DNA of 64,000 bases from Chthoniobacterales bacterium (lineage in GTDB: Bacteria; Verrucomicrobiota; Verrucomicrobiia; Chthoniobacterales; Chthoniobacteraceae). Both the position numbers and the translations under genes were made by a program. Location: the NCBI GenBank assembly GCA_038207335.1, contig JBBQZX010000002.1, positions 224,001-288,000 of the forward strand, read 5' to 3'. Shown here one piece after another: positions 29,629 to 39,518 of this stretch. Below the pieces are notes generated by a model. The model searched no databases. It saw nothing but the letters and a program-made list of their open reading frames with translations, and was not told the DNA's origin. Each line of letters opens with the position of its first letter. Position 1 is the stretch's first letter.

Positions 29629-31341
29629 TCAAAATGTCAGCGCCCAAATGGCCTTGGCTACTTTTGCCATGTCAGCCTGTCGCTTTGCGATTGTCTCCTC
29701 GGTCCAGTCAGTGAATTGGCACAAATCATTTGAGGTTCGATATTGGGATTGGGCATACACAGTCTGTTTTTGAGCAAAAGCCGCGTTGCCCGCTTCCTGC
29801 CCATTCAAACTCCGTTCCAACAAAGCGTAATTTCCAATACGTTCGTAACTACGGTCGTGAGCTTCGGCGGTAAAATGTTCCCATCCAGCTTCGCCGGGAT
29901 TCTCAGGCAGGATGTGCTCCACAGTAGCGGTCATGCTTTCGTCGGTGATGTCCGCTCCGCTCAACTGCTTCTCGATCTTAGCCAACATGTAGCGCAAGCG
30001 TTTTCCGGATATGCTGCGGTTCCGGAGTCTGAGGGCAGCGAAATCCGCCTCGAATTCCTCGTCCGGAATGTAGATCGGCCGCAATGCCTGACGAACCGCC
30101 ACGAGAGTTGTGGCGGTGCCACGTCGGACTTCCAACGCAGCGCGATTGTAGATCTCCTCAAGGATGTGTGTGCTTCGCCGACTCACTCCATTAAACCTCA
30201 CCGACAATAACGCGCAGTAGCGAAGTATCTCCACCAAGTCCTTTGGGGCGGTGAATGCGCTCTTTGCAGCAAGGACGAGCGGCGTGTATTGCGACACGTT
30301 AAATAGGTTCAGCACTCGCACCTGCTCTTTCGCTCCTTGGTAATCCAACCAGAACTGGCTTGCGTAATCGTTCAAACCCTCGAACCACGCGGCATCTTCC
30401 TCCAGTTGGTCGAGGAGCGCAAAGACATGCTCCAGCGTGGTCACATCACCTTTGATGGTTTTGAAGAGTTGCTTCTGCCGGACGTATTCGCGTTGTGAGT
30501 TGAGATGGTGCCGCAGGAACTCGGGAAAGCTCGCGATGCCCACGGCTCGAGTGATGCGCGCCCACTGCCGAAGCACCGGATCCATCTGCGATTTGCTAAG
30601 GCGGTCCGCAAGCGACAAGAGATAGTTTTTGAGCAGGTCGGTTTCCGTCAACTCCAGACCCTGCGCGTTCAACGTCTCAAACACAGTGTATGCACTCAAC
30701 TGGTCCTGCACGCGCACGCTAATGAAAACCAGACGCTCAGTGACAATCTCGCTTACGAACGCGGCAACCCGCTCGCCCTTCTTCTTTTCAGAAAACTTTT
30801 CCTGAACCTTACCCTTGAAGAACTGAAAGCATCCCCAAAGCAACCTCTCAGAATCCCGCAACCCACGGACCCCGCCTTGGGGCGGCTTGCGCTGTGCGAG
30901 ATTCAATTGAAAAAAGTCGTCGTCGTTCGCGTTGAGCTTGAGCTTGGGAGTGATGCGCAGGCTGGTCGGGTCTTTTGCGCCAAGATAGCTGCTTTCCAAA
31001 AGTGTGGCGCGCTCTCCGTTGGCGTCCGCGTCCACCCCCTCGTTGGCAAGCCCGTAGAGATAATCCACGCATGCCAGAATCAAGATGCTCAGGGTTGCCA
31101 TTCGCTGCTGGCCGTCAATCACCCGAAATTGCTTCCGTTCCCCGCTCTCCACCACAATGGCACCCATGTAGTGGTCTTCACGATTGGCTTCGAAGGTGGC
31201 GAGATCTTCCCAAAGATCCTCCCAATGCTCCTGTTTCCACGAATAATCGCGCTGGTAAGGCGGCACGCTATAGCTCTTTCCGTTGCTGAGGAGTTCCTTC
31301 AGGTCTTCCGTGTCCGTGTTCAGTAGAGTGCTGCGGGCCAT
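29629..31341 (-). CDS. DUF262 + DUF1524 protein (GmrSD-like modification-dependent restriction nuclease)
   Basis: VPPYQRDYSW, IDGQQR, FETLN; C-terminal HNH-type EHILP..GNYALL..LN; visibly less GC-biased than neighbours. Confidence 0.88.
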   Translation of the reverse strand: MARSTLLNTDTEDLKELLSNGKSYSVPPYQRDYSWKQEHWEDLWEDLATFEANREDHYMGAIVVESGERKQFRVIDGQQRMATLSILILACVDYLYGLANEGVDADANGERATLLESSYLGAKDPTSLRITPKLKLNANDDDFFQLNLAQRKPPQGGVRGLRDSERLLWGCFQFFKGKVQEKFSEKKKGERVAAFVSEIVTERLVFISVRVQDQLSAYTVFETLNAQGLELTETDLLKNYLLSLADRLSKSQMDPVLRQWARITRAVGIASFPEFLRHHLNSQREYVRQKQLFKTIKGDVTTLEHVFALLDQLEEDAAWFEGLNDYASQFWLDYQGAKEQVRVLNLFNVSQYTPLVLAAKSAFTAPKDLVEILRYCALLSVRFNGVSRRSTHILEEIYNRAALEVRRGTATTLVAVRQALRPIYIPDEEFEADFAALRLRNRSISGKRLRYMLAKIEKQLSGADITDESMTATVEHILPENPGEAGWEHFTAEAHDRSYERIGNYALLERSLNGQEAGNAAFAQKQTVYAQSQYRTSNDLCQFTDWTEETIAKRQADMAKVAKAIWALTF

Positions 31342-31491
31342 ATGATGAGAAGCTTACTTGGTTCGCGGGAGAAATGACAGTCTCCACCATGCCGGCCAAC
31401 CGTGCGATCGACTCAGCATGGGTGGAGTCGCCCTAGTTTTGGACTCCGCAAATGGACCTATCTTCTCCAGCCCGCCGTGGCGAAACAAATG

Positions 31492-33897
31492 TCAGCGCGG
31501 CTTTGCGGCTTCTGCTGCGAGGTGAACGCTTGGAGTGTGCTGCGCGGCGACCTTTTGGGGAGGATCGGGGAGGGCGCGGGTGGCGGCGGTGGTGGCGATT
31601 TCGGTGAGGAGTTGGCGGATGTTGAAGCCGGAGGCGGTGAAGGATTGGCGGAGATTTTCGAGCGTGTCGGGGCCGTAGGTGCCGATGGCTTGTTTCGCGA
31701 CGTGGTGGAAGAGCTCGTGAATGAAGGCGCGGTGGCCGCCGGGGTTTTCGGCGGCGAATTTCACGAGGTCGCGCGCGCCGGTGAGCCGGATGGTGTCGCC
31801 CTCGTCGGTGGCGAAGTCGGCGACAGGGTTGATCGGTTTGTCGCCTTCCTTGGTGCGCCAGCGGCCGATGGCGTCGTAATTTTCGAGGCTGAAGCCGAGC
31901 GGATTGATCGTGGCGTGGCAGCCCATGCACGATCGGTTTTTCGTCAGCTCAGTGATCTTCTCGCGCATGGAGAGGTGGGCCTCGAATTTCGCGTCGTCGA
32001 AGGCGATGGCGTTTGGCGGCGGCTTGAGTGTCATGCCGATGATCGTGCGGGTGAGAAAGACGCCGCGGTGGATGGGCGAGGTCTGCTTGCTGTGCGCGAA
32101 GGCCGCGAGGAGATACGGATGCGTGACGACGCCGGCGCGCTCCTTCGGATCGAACTCGACGCGCTGGAAGGCATCGCCCCCGACGGGTTTGCCGTAGATT
32201 TTGCCGAGCCGGTCGTTGAGGAGGAGGTAGTCGGCCTGGAGGAGTTCGCGGTAGTCGGATTTTTCGCTCCAGACGACGCCATCGAGGAAAAGCTCGAGCG
32301 AGGTGCGGAGGTCGGCGAGGACGCGGGCGTTGAAATCGGGAAAGGCTTTCGGGTCTTTTGCGAGTCCCTCGGCGCGTTCGAGGTCGAGCCAGTGCTCGTA
32401 AAAGCCGCGCATTTTCTGCTTCGTACGCGGGTCCGCGATCATGCGCTTTGCCTGCGCGGCGATCTGGTCGCGGGTCGTGAGTTTGCCGGAGGCGGCGGCC
32501 TGCAGGAGTTGCCGGTCGGGGATGGAATCCCACAGATAAAGCGCGAGCCGCGCGGCGATGTCATACCCGTCGGGCGCGGCGGCGGAGGGGAGGTCGGGAT
32601 AGAGAAAGCGGGGCGATTTGAGGGTGAAGAGAACGACGCGCTTGATTCCGATCTCAGGGCCTTTCGCGGCGGAAAATTGGCGCTCGATGAGATGGTGAAA
32701 GTCGTCGTCGCTGAGCGGTCGGCGGAATGCGGTTTCCGCGAAGCGCCGCGCGAATTGCTTCACTTTTTCCTTGCGATCGGACGCGCCGGATTTTGTGCCA
32801 GCGAGTTCGTCGAGGCGGTCGGCGATTGCGTCGGCCACGTCGATCGCGGCCTCGGTGGTTGCTGCGTCCCATTCTTTTGAAACGCCGGTGCCGCGCTCGT
32901 ATCCGACGCTCCGATCGTCCGCGGGGAAAGTGGTTTTCACCACGAGGCCGGTTTGCGAGCCCTGCGGGATGAGTTGCGAGGTCGGGATGATTTCCTCGAC
33001 GCCGTGCGGGGGCTTCCAGAGCACTTCGATGGAGGCGCTTTTGTCCTGAAATTTGAACGTCTCGACCGAGAAGGGGTAGGTGCGCCCGCCCAGCAAAAAG
33101 ATGCTTTTTTTCTCCTCGCGGACGGTGGAGCCCTGCGAGACCCATGCGTCGATGAGCGGGCTTTTCGGGTTGTTGATCGAGAGACGCGCGCCGTTCTCCG
33201 TCCTCACGATGAACTCATAGACGCCGGTCTCCGGCGTGAGGATCGAGCCCTCCCAGCGGATGTTGAATTCATCCGCTCGCAGCCGCTCGGAATCGGGGCT
33301 CTCCGCGCCGAATGTGAACGCGATTTGCGGATCGATGCGCTCGAAATTCGTGCGCTCTTTTTTCTCTCGTTCGTCGCGCTTTTTGTCGTCTTTTTCAGGT
33401 GGCAGTTGTGGACCGAAAGGCAGACGCTTTTTGCCAGAATAGCGCGCTTTCAAGCCGCGCTCCGGCCCCGGCGCACCGCCCGAATCGCCGCGGAGCCGGG
33501 CAAGGATGTCGGCGACTGAGGTGCGATATTGCGGGATGGTGAGCCTCGCCAAATCGAACTCCGGCGGACTGAGCCGCTCCTGCGCCTGCGGCGAGTAAAA
33601 CGCCTCGTAAATGTAGGCCGCGACATTTGCCGCGTCGTCACCGACGCACGCGCCGACATCGTCGTCGGGCATCGTGCGGGCGATGCGTTTCGCGAGCCCA
33701 GGGACGCTGCGATTGCCGTGCAGCGGCTCGTCGTATTTGTCCGGCACGCCCTGGCCTTTGTCGCCGTGGCAGTCTGCACACATCTTTTTGTAAATGGCCG
33801 CGCCCGGGTGCTCCGGCACTTGCGCCGCGGCTGTCGCGGTGAGTGTGAAAAGTGCGCACGCGATTTTGCGGGCGGCGGAAGGCAGGGTGAAAATCAT
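31492..33897 (-). CDS. Cytochrome c / PA14 / PSD (DUF1592-DUF1588-DUF1585) protein
   Basis: Signal peptide, CADCH, PA14-like F.IRWEG, RLALYLWDSIPD, TSPIHRG, CMGCH. Confidence 0.88.
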   Translation of the reverse strand: MIFTLPSAARKIACALFTLTATAAAQVPEHPGAAIYKKMCADCHGDKGQGVPDKYDEPLHGNRSVPGLAKRIARTMPDDDVGACVGDDAANVAAYIYEAFYSPQAQERLSPPEFDLARLTIPQYRTSVADILARLRGDSGGAPGPERGLKARYSGKKRLPFGPQLPPEKDDKKRDEREKKERTNFERIDPQIAFTFGAESPDSERLRADEFNIRWEGSILTPETGVYEFIVRTENGARLSINNPKSPLIDAWVSQGSTVREEKKSIFLLGGRTYPFSVETFKFQDKSASIEVLWKPPHGVEEIIPTSQLIPQGSQTGLVVKTTFPADDRSVGYERGTGVSKEWDAATTEAAIDVADAIADRLDELAGTKSGASDRKEKVKQFARRFAETAFRRPLSDDDFHHLIERQFSAAKGPEIGIKRVVLFTLKSPRFLYPDLPSAAAPDGYDIAARLALYLWDSIPDRQLLQAAASGKLTTRDQIAAQAKRMIADPRTKQKMRGFYEHWLDLERAEGLAKDPKAFPDFNARVLADLRTSLELFLDGVVWSEKSDYRELLQADYLLLNDRLGKIYGKPVGGDAFQRVEFDPKERAGVVTHPYLLAAFAHSKQTSPIHRGVFLTRTIIGMTLKPPPNAIAFDDAKFEAHLSMREKITELTKNRSCMGCHATINPLGFSLENYDAIGRWRTKEGDKPINPVADFATDEGDTIRLTGARDLVKFAAENPGGHRAFIHELFHHVAKQAIGTYGPDTLENLRQSFTASGFNIRQLLTEIATTAATRALPDPPQKVAAQHTPSVHLAAEAAKPR

Positions 33898-34103
33898 GCG
33901 GTGTGTGGCGATTAGAATTTAACCCGGAGCCGGGCAATGTCTTGGAGGCATGCGCATGGCTGCGCCATCTCGGGGCACCTCATCGCCCGAAAACCCTTTA
34001 GATGACAGCCTTCCCAGCCATTTCATCGCTTCTCGTGAGCTTCTGCTTTTCTCCCCGGCGGCTTTCGCTATTGTCCCGGAATCTTGCGACACGGACTCGT
34101 TTT

Positions 34104-35477
34104 ATGACTCGGAAATTCGCCCTTTTTCTACTGACGGCAGCTCTCGCCGCGACGAGCTGCAGCAAACTCAAGCACGTCCCTTTTCTCGAAAAGAAACCAA
34201 CGCCCGAGACTGCGGCCGCCGCACAGTCCGCAGCTGGCGCGCCCGCAGCCACACCGCCGCCCGCACCGAAGCCAGACCTGCTCGTGGCACCTGCCGCGCC
34301 CGCGAAGCCGGAGCTCAACAAGCACTCCTCCACGATCGTGCTGTGCTACCACAACATCGAGGAGAAGGGCGGCTCGAAGGCGCTGACGATCACAACGACG
34401 GAATTCGAGAAGGAAATGAAGGAGGTCAAGGACAACGGCTTCACGGTGATTCCGATGCAGGATTTCCTCGCATTTCGCAGGGGCGACAAAGAAATCCCGG
34501 CGAAGAGCTGCGTGGTGACGATCGATGACGGCTGGGTCTCGGCCTACAACAACGCGTGGCCGGTTTTGAAGAAGTTCGGATACCCGTTCACACTCTTCAT
34601 TTACATCGACTACGTGGGCACTGGCGGGAAGTCGATGACGTGGGATCAGCTCGCGGAAATGCGCGACGCTGGCGTCGATATCCAGTCGCACACCTACTCG
34701 CACTCGAACCTACGCAAGCCGGGCGGAAGCGTGGACAAGAAGACGCACGACCGCGTGATGAAAGATCTCGCCGAACTCGGGCACGACGGCTGGCTGAGGA
34801 AGGAAATCGTGGAATCCGGCGCGGTGCTGGAGAAGCAGCTCGGGATCAAATGCAACGCGTTCGCATATCCGTTCGGCATCTACAACTCGGAGGCGCGGGC
34901 GATGGTGAAAGAGGCCGGCTATGAGGCTGCGTTCACGGTTTATGGGCAGCAGTTGCGGTTCAATTCGCCGCCCTCCGACCTGCTCGGGCGCTACGCCGTG
35001 GAGGCCGCCAAGCCGGAGATTTTCGCGAACGCGATGAAGATGATCGGCGGCGGCGTGACCACCGAAGACCCGATGGAATCGACGAGCGTCGCGCAGCTCG
35101 CGTCGGCCTCAATGGTGACTCAGCCGATGGATGGCGAGACGATCAGCGACCCGCGGCCGACGATCAAAGCGAACCTCGCGACGATGGGTCAGGTCGATCC
35201 GGCGAGCGTGCAAATCCGGCTCAGCGGCATCGGGCTTTTGAAGGTGAAATACGATTCTGCGACTGGCATGGCCGAGGCGAAAGTCACGAAGCCGCTGAGC
35301 GATCCGAACTACAGCGTGATCCTCACGGCGACGGCGGACGGCAAAAAAGCCGAGATACGGTGGGGCTTCAATTTCAGCAAAGATGGGAAGACGTCCGCGC
35401 CCGAGATGGATGCACCCCCGAAGCGCGACGTGCCGCCGACGGCGCCGCCGGTGAAAGCCCCTGCCAAGAAGCGGTAG
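34104..35477 (+). CDS. Polysaccharide deacetylase (CE4) lipoprotein
   Basis: Lipobox-like LAATSC; LCYH, TIDDG, SHTYSH, AYPFG. Confidence 0.88.
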   Translation: MTRKFALFLLTAALAATSCSKLKHVPFLEKKPTPETAAAAQSAAGAPAATPPPAPKPDLLVAPAAPAKPELNKHSSTIVLCYHNIEEKGGSKALTITTTEFEKEMKEVKDNGFTVIPMQDFLAFRRGDKEIPAKSCVVTIDDGWVSAYNNAWPVLKKFGYPFTLFIYIDYVGTGGKSMTWDQLAEMRDAGVDIQSHTYSHSNLRKPGGSVDKKTHDRVMKDLAELGHDGWLRKEIVESGAVLEKQLGIKCNAFAYPFGIYNSEARAMVKEAGYEAAFTVYGQQLRFNSPPSDLLGRYAVEAAKPEIFANAMKMIGGGVTTEDPMESTSVAQLASASMVTQPMDGETISDPRPTIKANLATMGQVDPASVQIRLSGIGLLKVKYDSATGMAEAKVTKPLSDPNYSVILTATADGKKAEIRWGFNFSKDGKTSAPEMDAPPKRDVPPTAPPVKAPAKKR

Positions 35478-35508
35478 CCGTGAACGCCGCGAGGGACGTC
35501 TCAACGCC

Positions 35509-36150
35509 CTACCCGAACAGCTTGCGCAGTTTGCGGTCGCCGGACTTGGCGAGTTCTAGCTGTTTGCTTTTTGCGGGCCAGTAGTCGCTGCAACCAACGC
35601 CTTGCAGGTTCTCTTCGATTTCATCGAAGCGGCCGAGGTGGCGCAGCGCTTCGGCACGGAAGAGCAGGAGGTCTTCCGCGCCGTCTTTCATCAGGTCGAT
35701 GAGGTGCTCCATATTCACGATCGCCTCGGGCGAGGTCGAATGGCCGACGGGAGAGTCGTCGATTCGGAAGGCGTCGTTTCCGCGCCACCACGCGGCGACG
35801 CGGAGTTCGAGTTCGAGTTCGGGCGTCGGGGCGCATCCGCCTTCGATTGCCTCGAAAAATCCAGCTTCATCGAGCGGCTCGGCGTAGGGAGCGGCTTTCC
35901 AAGCGACATTTTCCGGCAAATCCTCGGTCTCGGGCAGCAGGTATCCGACGGGCGGGACTTCGCCGACCCAATAGATTTCCTTGCACGCGTGGCAGCGTGT
36001 GATCCGCGGCGGACGCGGATTCATCGGCATGTCCTGATAGCCGTCGGTCCAGGTGATCGCTCCGAAGCTGTTTCCGGAGGCGAGAGAGAAAACCCGCGCG
36101 AGGGCCTGGCAATACGGGCAGGGAAAGACGACGTCGGCGCCGGGAAGCAT
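35509..36150 (-). CDS. Hypothetical protein with two CxxC motifs and a TPR-like C-terminus
   Basis: CPYC, SGNSFGA..WTDG, CHAC, AEALRHLGRFDE. Confidence 0.7.
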   Translation of the reverse strand: MLPGADVVFPCPYCQALARVFSLASGNSFGAITWTDGYQDMPMNPRPPRITRCHACKEIYWVGEVPPVGYLLPETEDLPENVAWKAAPYAEPLDEAGFFEAIEGGCAPTPELELELRVAAWWRGNDAFRIDDSPVGHSTSPEAIVNMEHLIDLMKDGAEDLLLFRAEALRHLGRFDEIEENLQGVGCSDYWPAKSKQLELAKSGDRKLRKLFG

Positions 36151-36165
36151 TTATTGGGGAGTCTA

Positions 36166-36193
36166 ATGGCTGATGGCTGATGGCTGATGGCTG
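36166..36193. repeat. Heptamer tandem repeat (ATGGCTG)x4
   Basis: Four exact copies in an intergenic region. Confidence 0.9.
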
Positions 36194-36256
36194 TTACAGC
36201 GGGGTCATCGGGGGCGTTAAAGCAATCACATTTCAGCAATCACGCAGCGCGAAAGA

Positions 36257-36721
36257 TCAGCGCGAGATATCGGACTGGGTGAGGATGGTGATGCCTGTGC
36301 TGCCGAGGACGGAGCAGGCGCACTCGTTGTCTTCGACGTGAAGCGCAAGGGCGGTTCGGCCATTTGGGCGGGTGAGGAGGGCGTAGCTTCCGAAGATATT
36401 CACCTCCGCCTGAAGCAACGCGGCGAGAACTCTGCCAAGTTCGGTGGCTTCCTTCAGTTCGACGACACAGAGTTCGCAGACGGAGAACGGAATTTCGTGC
36501 TGCCGGAAAATGTCGCGCACGCTTTCGGGATCGCTGACGACGACTCGGACGATTGCGGTGTCGGCGGAATCCTGCACGTTAATCGCGAGGACGTGGATGT
36601 GATCCTCGTTGAGCAGCTTCACGATTTCGAGAAGCGCGCCGACTTTGTTCGGCAGGAAGATTGAGAACTGATTGACGCCGGAATTTCCGAGTTTTTCGGC
36701 GGCGTGTGTGAATTCCAGCAT
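36257..36721 (-). CDS. Tandem ACT-domain protein
   Basis: QFSIFLPNKVGAL, IVRVVVSDP; second ACT-like half VNIFGSY. Confidence 0.8.
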   Translation of the reverse strand: MLEFTHAAEKLGNSGVNQFSIFLPNKVGALLEIVKLLNEDHIHVLAINVQDSADTAIVRVVVSDPESVRDIFRQHEIPFSVCELCVVELKEATELGRVLAALLQAEVNIFGSYALLTRPNGRTALALHVEDNECACSVLGSTGITILTQSDISR

Positions 36722-36726
36722 GGCGC

Positions 36727-37161
36727 TTATTTGTAGGAGTAGAGCACGCAGAACGTGGCCGGGTCGCCTTCGAGTTCTGCGATTTTTAGATAGTACGACC
36801 CACTCACCGTCGGGGCAAATCCCGCAGCGGCAGTCGAGTCGCCAGAATAGGGATCGGTGGCGACGGGCGCCCCGGTTTCATCATAGACGGTGAGCGTGAC
36901 TTTTTTTGCCTGGGGCGTGGCGCCAACGACGAACCAGTATTGGTTTCCGGCGAAGAGATTAACCTGCACGAGTTGGGGTTTGCCGAGCTCGAGCGCGCCT
37001 TTCCAGTGTCCATCGCGCAGCTTGAAACCTTCATTCGTGAATGCGCCCGCGACATCGAATGCAGCCTTGCGAGCGGCGGCTTGGTCATCGGTCTCGGCGG
37101 CGCGCAAGCTGCCGGAGAGGAGAATCGCGGCGATGAAAATGGGGCGGATAAAGTGGTTCAT
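36727..37161 (-). CDS. Exported hypothetical protein (beta-sandwich, PPC-like)
   Basis: Signal peptide, LFAGNQYWF, VYDETG, SGSYYLKI. Confidence 0.7.
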   Translation of the reverse strand: MNHFIRPIFIAAILLSGSLRAAETDDQAAARKAAFDVAGAFTNEGFKLRDGHWKGALELGKPQLVQVNLFAGNQYWFVVGATPQAKKVTLTVYDETGAPVATDPYSGDSTAAAGFAPTVSGSYYLKIAELEGDPATFCVLYSYK

Positions 37162-37997
37162 TTGACCTCCTTTCGGGAGATGTCTTTCAGCAAATCGGAG
37201 AGCATGTTGCTCAGCTTTTCCACCGCTTCGCGCGCGGGCGGCGATTCGCGCGGGAATGTCATCGCGGTTTCAATTTCCGCGAGCTTGGCGCGGGTTTTTT
37301 TGACGACCGGATCATCGCGTGTTTTCTCCGGCAGCGCGCCGAGCCGGCGGCTGAGGAAGCCGACGATCCCCGGCTGGCGCAGGAGCATCGCGCCGGCGGA
37401 TGAGTAAAATTTTTCCTCCGCGACATAGCTGCTGATCGACTCCGCGCCGCGCAGCCAGCCGCCGACGGTGACGAGCGTGACGAGGTTGATGTCCTTGTTC
37501 TCGATCATCGCGTCCTTCACTTCGTTTTGCGTCGCTTCGAGCTCTTCCTTCAGCGTGTCCCACTGGTTGTCGGTGGCAAATTCCGTGAGGCTTTTTCCGC
37601 GGTTGATGATGTCTTGCTGGACGCCGAGCGGCTTGGCGAGCGCCACGATATCGCGGCCAAGATTTTTCACCTGCTGGCTGTCCTTCGCCTCCACGGCGAT
37701 GTAGCCGTCGGCGATGAGGCCACCGAGATTCAGCGCCATCTGAGGGCGGCTGGAAAAATCGCGCGCGATTGGCGGGCGAAATTTTGAAATCCAGTCGATC
37801 TTCCCGACTTTATCGAGTGCCGCGAGGAGCTCCCCGGGCGTGGGAATCGAGAGCGCATCGATGCGCGCGGCACCGGCCATTTCCTCCGCGCTCAGAGGCG
37901 GTGCGGAGGGCTGCGACGCGGCGGGCTCATCGACCGCGAGAGCCGATGAACAGAGGATTGCGAGCCCACTGGCCAAAGTCCGAATGAGGCGAAACAT
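37158..37997 (-). CDS. Exported helical hypothetical protein
   Basis: Signal peptide, ALNLG..IADG, GGWL; 4-nt overlap with the next gene. Confidence 0.7.
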   Translation of the reverse strand: MFRLIRTLASGLAILCSSALAVDEPAASQPSAPPLSAEEMAGAARIDALSIPTPGELLAALDKVGKIDWISKFRPPIARDFSSRPQMALNLGGLIADGYIAVEAKDSQQVKNLGRDIVALAKPLGVQQDIINRGKSLTEFATDNQWDTLKEELEATQNEVKDAMIENKDINLVTLVTVGGWLRGAESISSYVAEEKFYSSAGAMLLRQPGIVGFLSRRLGALPEKTRDDPVVKKTRAKLAEIETAMTFPRESPPAREAVEKLSNMLSDLLKDISRKEVK

Positions 37998-38079
37998 GGC
38001 GGACGATAGGCAGAACGTTGCCGCCTTGTCACCCGGCTTTTTGCCGCGCTTGCGTCGAGGAGAATGGCCGCTTTTCCGG

Positions 38080-38107
38080 TTGCACTCGAGCGCCCCGCTC
38101 CTACTCT
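38080..38107 (+). promoter_or_regulatory. Putative sigma70 promoter of purSQ
   Basis: TTGCAC-16bp-TACTCT, 9 nt before the ATG. Confidence 0.5.
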
Positions 38108-38116
38108 CGCGCGCCT

Positions 38117-38350
38117 ATGAAAGCCAAGGTCTTCGTGATGCCGAAACGCAGTGTGCTGGACCCGCAGGGCGTCGCCGTGCGGGAGGCGATTCATCATCAC
38201 GGGCTCGGCTCGGTGAAGTCGGCGCGGGTGGGAAAACTGATCGAACTCGAACTCGATGGGAGCGAGTCGGAAGCGCAGCTTCACGAGTTGTGCCGCGACC
38301 TGCTTTCGAACCCCGTGATCGAGGACTACGAGCTGAGCGTCGAGAAGTAG
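38117..38350 (+). CDS. purS: FGAM synthase subunit PurS
   Basis: [24 protein letters not shown]. Confidence 0.95.
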   Translation: MKAKVFVMPKRSVLDPQGVAVREAIHHHGLGSVKSARVGKLIELELDGSESEAQLHELCRDLLSNPVIEDYELSVEK

Positions 38351-38351
38351 G

Positions 38352-39053
38352 ATGAAAGCCGCCGTCATTCGTTTTCCAGGCTCGAACTGCGATCAGGATT
38401 GTGTGCTCGCGCTGCGTGAGCTCGGCGTCGAGACCGAGTTTGTCTGGCACAAAGAGGAGTCCGTTGCAGCTTACGATTTGATCGTGCTGCCGGGCGGGTT
38501 TTCTTACGGCGACTATCTGCGCTGCGGGGCGATCGCGCGATTTTCGCCGGTGATGCGCTCGGTGGTGCAGGAGGCGGAGCGGGGGAAATTTGTGCTCGGG
38601 ATTTGCAATGGATTCCAAATTCTCTGCGAGGCGCATCTGCTGCCCGGAGCGCTCGTGCGGAATCGCGATCTCCATTTTCGCTGCGAGCATGTGCGCGTGA
38701 GGGTGGAAAATTTCACCACGCCGTGGACGAACGCAGCGGTAACGGGCTCGGTACTGAATCTGCCAATCGCGCACGGCGAAGGCAGCTACGTGGCCGATGC
38801 GGCGACGATCCGCGACCTCACGCGGCAGCGGCAAATTCTGCTGCGGTACTGCGACGCGAATGGCGCGACGACGGCGGCGGCGAATCCGAACGGCTCGGTG
38901 GAAAACATCGCGGGGATTTGCAACGCGGCGCGCAATGTTTTCGGCCTGATGCCGCACCCGGAACGCGCGTGCGATGCGCGGCTCGGCAGCGTGGATGGAC
39001 GCGTGATCTTCGACTCGATCCTCGCAGAACTCGCGCTCCGGAAGACTGCTTAG
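38352..39053 (+). CDS. purQ: FGAM synthase glutaminase subunit PurQ
   Basis: [36 protein letters not shown]. Confidence 0.96.
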   Translation: MKAAVIRFPGSNCDQDCVLALRELGVETEFVWHKEESVAAYDLIVLPGGFSYGDYLRCGAIARFSPVMRSVVQEAERGKFVLGICNGFQILCEAHLLPGALVRNRDLHFRCEHVRVRVENFTTPWTNAAVTGSVLNLPIAHGEGSYVADAATIRDLTRQRQILLRYCDANGATTAAANPNGSVENIAGICNAARNVFGLMPHPERACDARLGSVDGRVIFDSILAELALRKTA

Positions 39054-39114
39054 CGACGGATTTCAACCACGAGGGCGCGAGCACCGCTTCGAACGATCGG
39101 ACCGATGGTGATTT

Positions 39115-39205
39115 AGGCGTTCGCTTACACCACGTCCCCGCGTAGAGTAGCGTTGGCAGAGCTGATGTTACCGCCCCCATACCCGGGGCGTCCCTGCTTG
39201 GATCG
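39115..39205 (-). pseudogene. Remnant of a paralogue of the FecR-domain gene C-terminus
   Basis: GNISSANATLRGDVV*AN versus GNITLNNATLRGDVVKAN; 39129-39175 vs 39919-39965 match at 35/47 nt by eye. Confidence 0.7.
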
Positions 39206-39238
39206 CGACCCGGATCGCAACCTGGATCGGGGAACCGA

Positions 39239-39424
39239 CTCGGGGACCAGCTTCCACTTGTTGGCGCGGCCTTTATTGACCAGCGAAGTGCAATCTTCCA
39301 GCAAGTCCTGAAACGCCGCGCGGACGGCGGTTTCATGCTTTACGCCGAGCCTTGCAAAATCAGCCAGCGACGCGTGGTAGGCGGCAACGCGCTTGTGATT
39401 CGCCTTGAGGGGAAGTGTCCGCAT
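39239..39424 (-). pseudogene. N-terminal fragment of a type ISP/IIG restriction-modification (N6 methylase) protein
   Basis: LPLKANHKRVAAYHASLADFARLGVKHETAVRAAFQDLLEDC..WKLVPE resembles N-termini of single-polypeptide RM enzymes; the rest is absent. Confidence 0.55.
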
Positions 39425-39518
39425 CTGGTGCGCACGGGTTTAGGGCGTTTCTTCGATCCGGTGCGAGAAGTTCATGGGCGCCCTCAGTACGTTGCCCGCC
39501 CGTGAGCGGATTCGATTA

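Noticed and set aside
31341..31440. Integron attC site next to the DUF262 gene
   Set aside because: A bulged hairpin is present, but there are no correctly placed RYYYAAC/GTTRRRY boxes and no integrase
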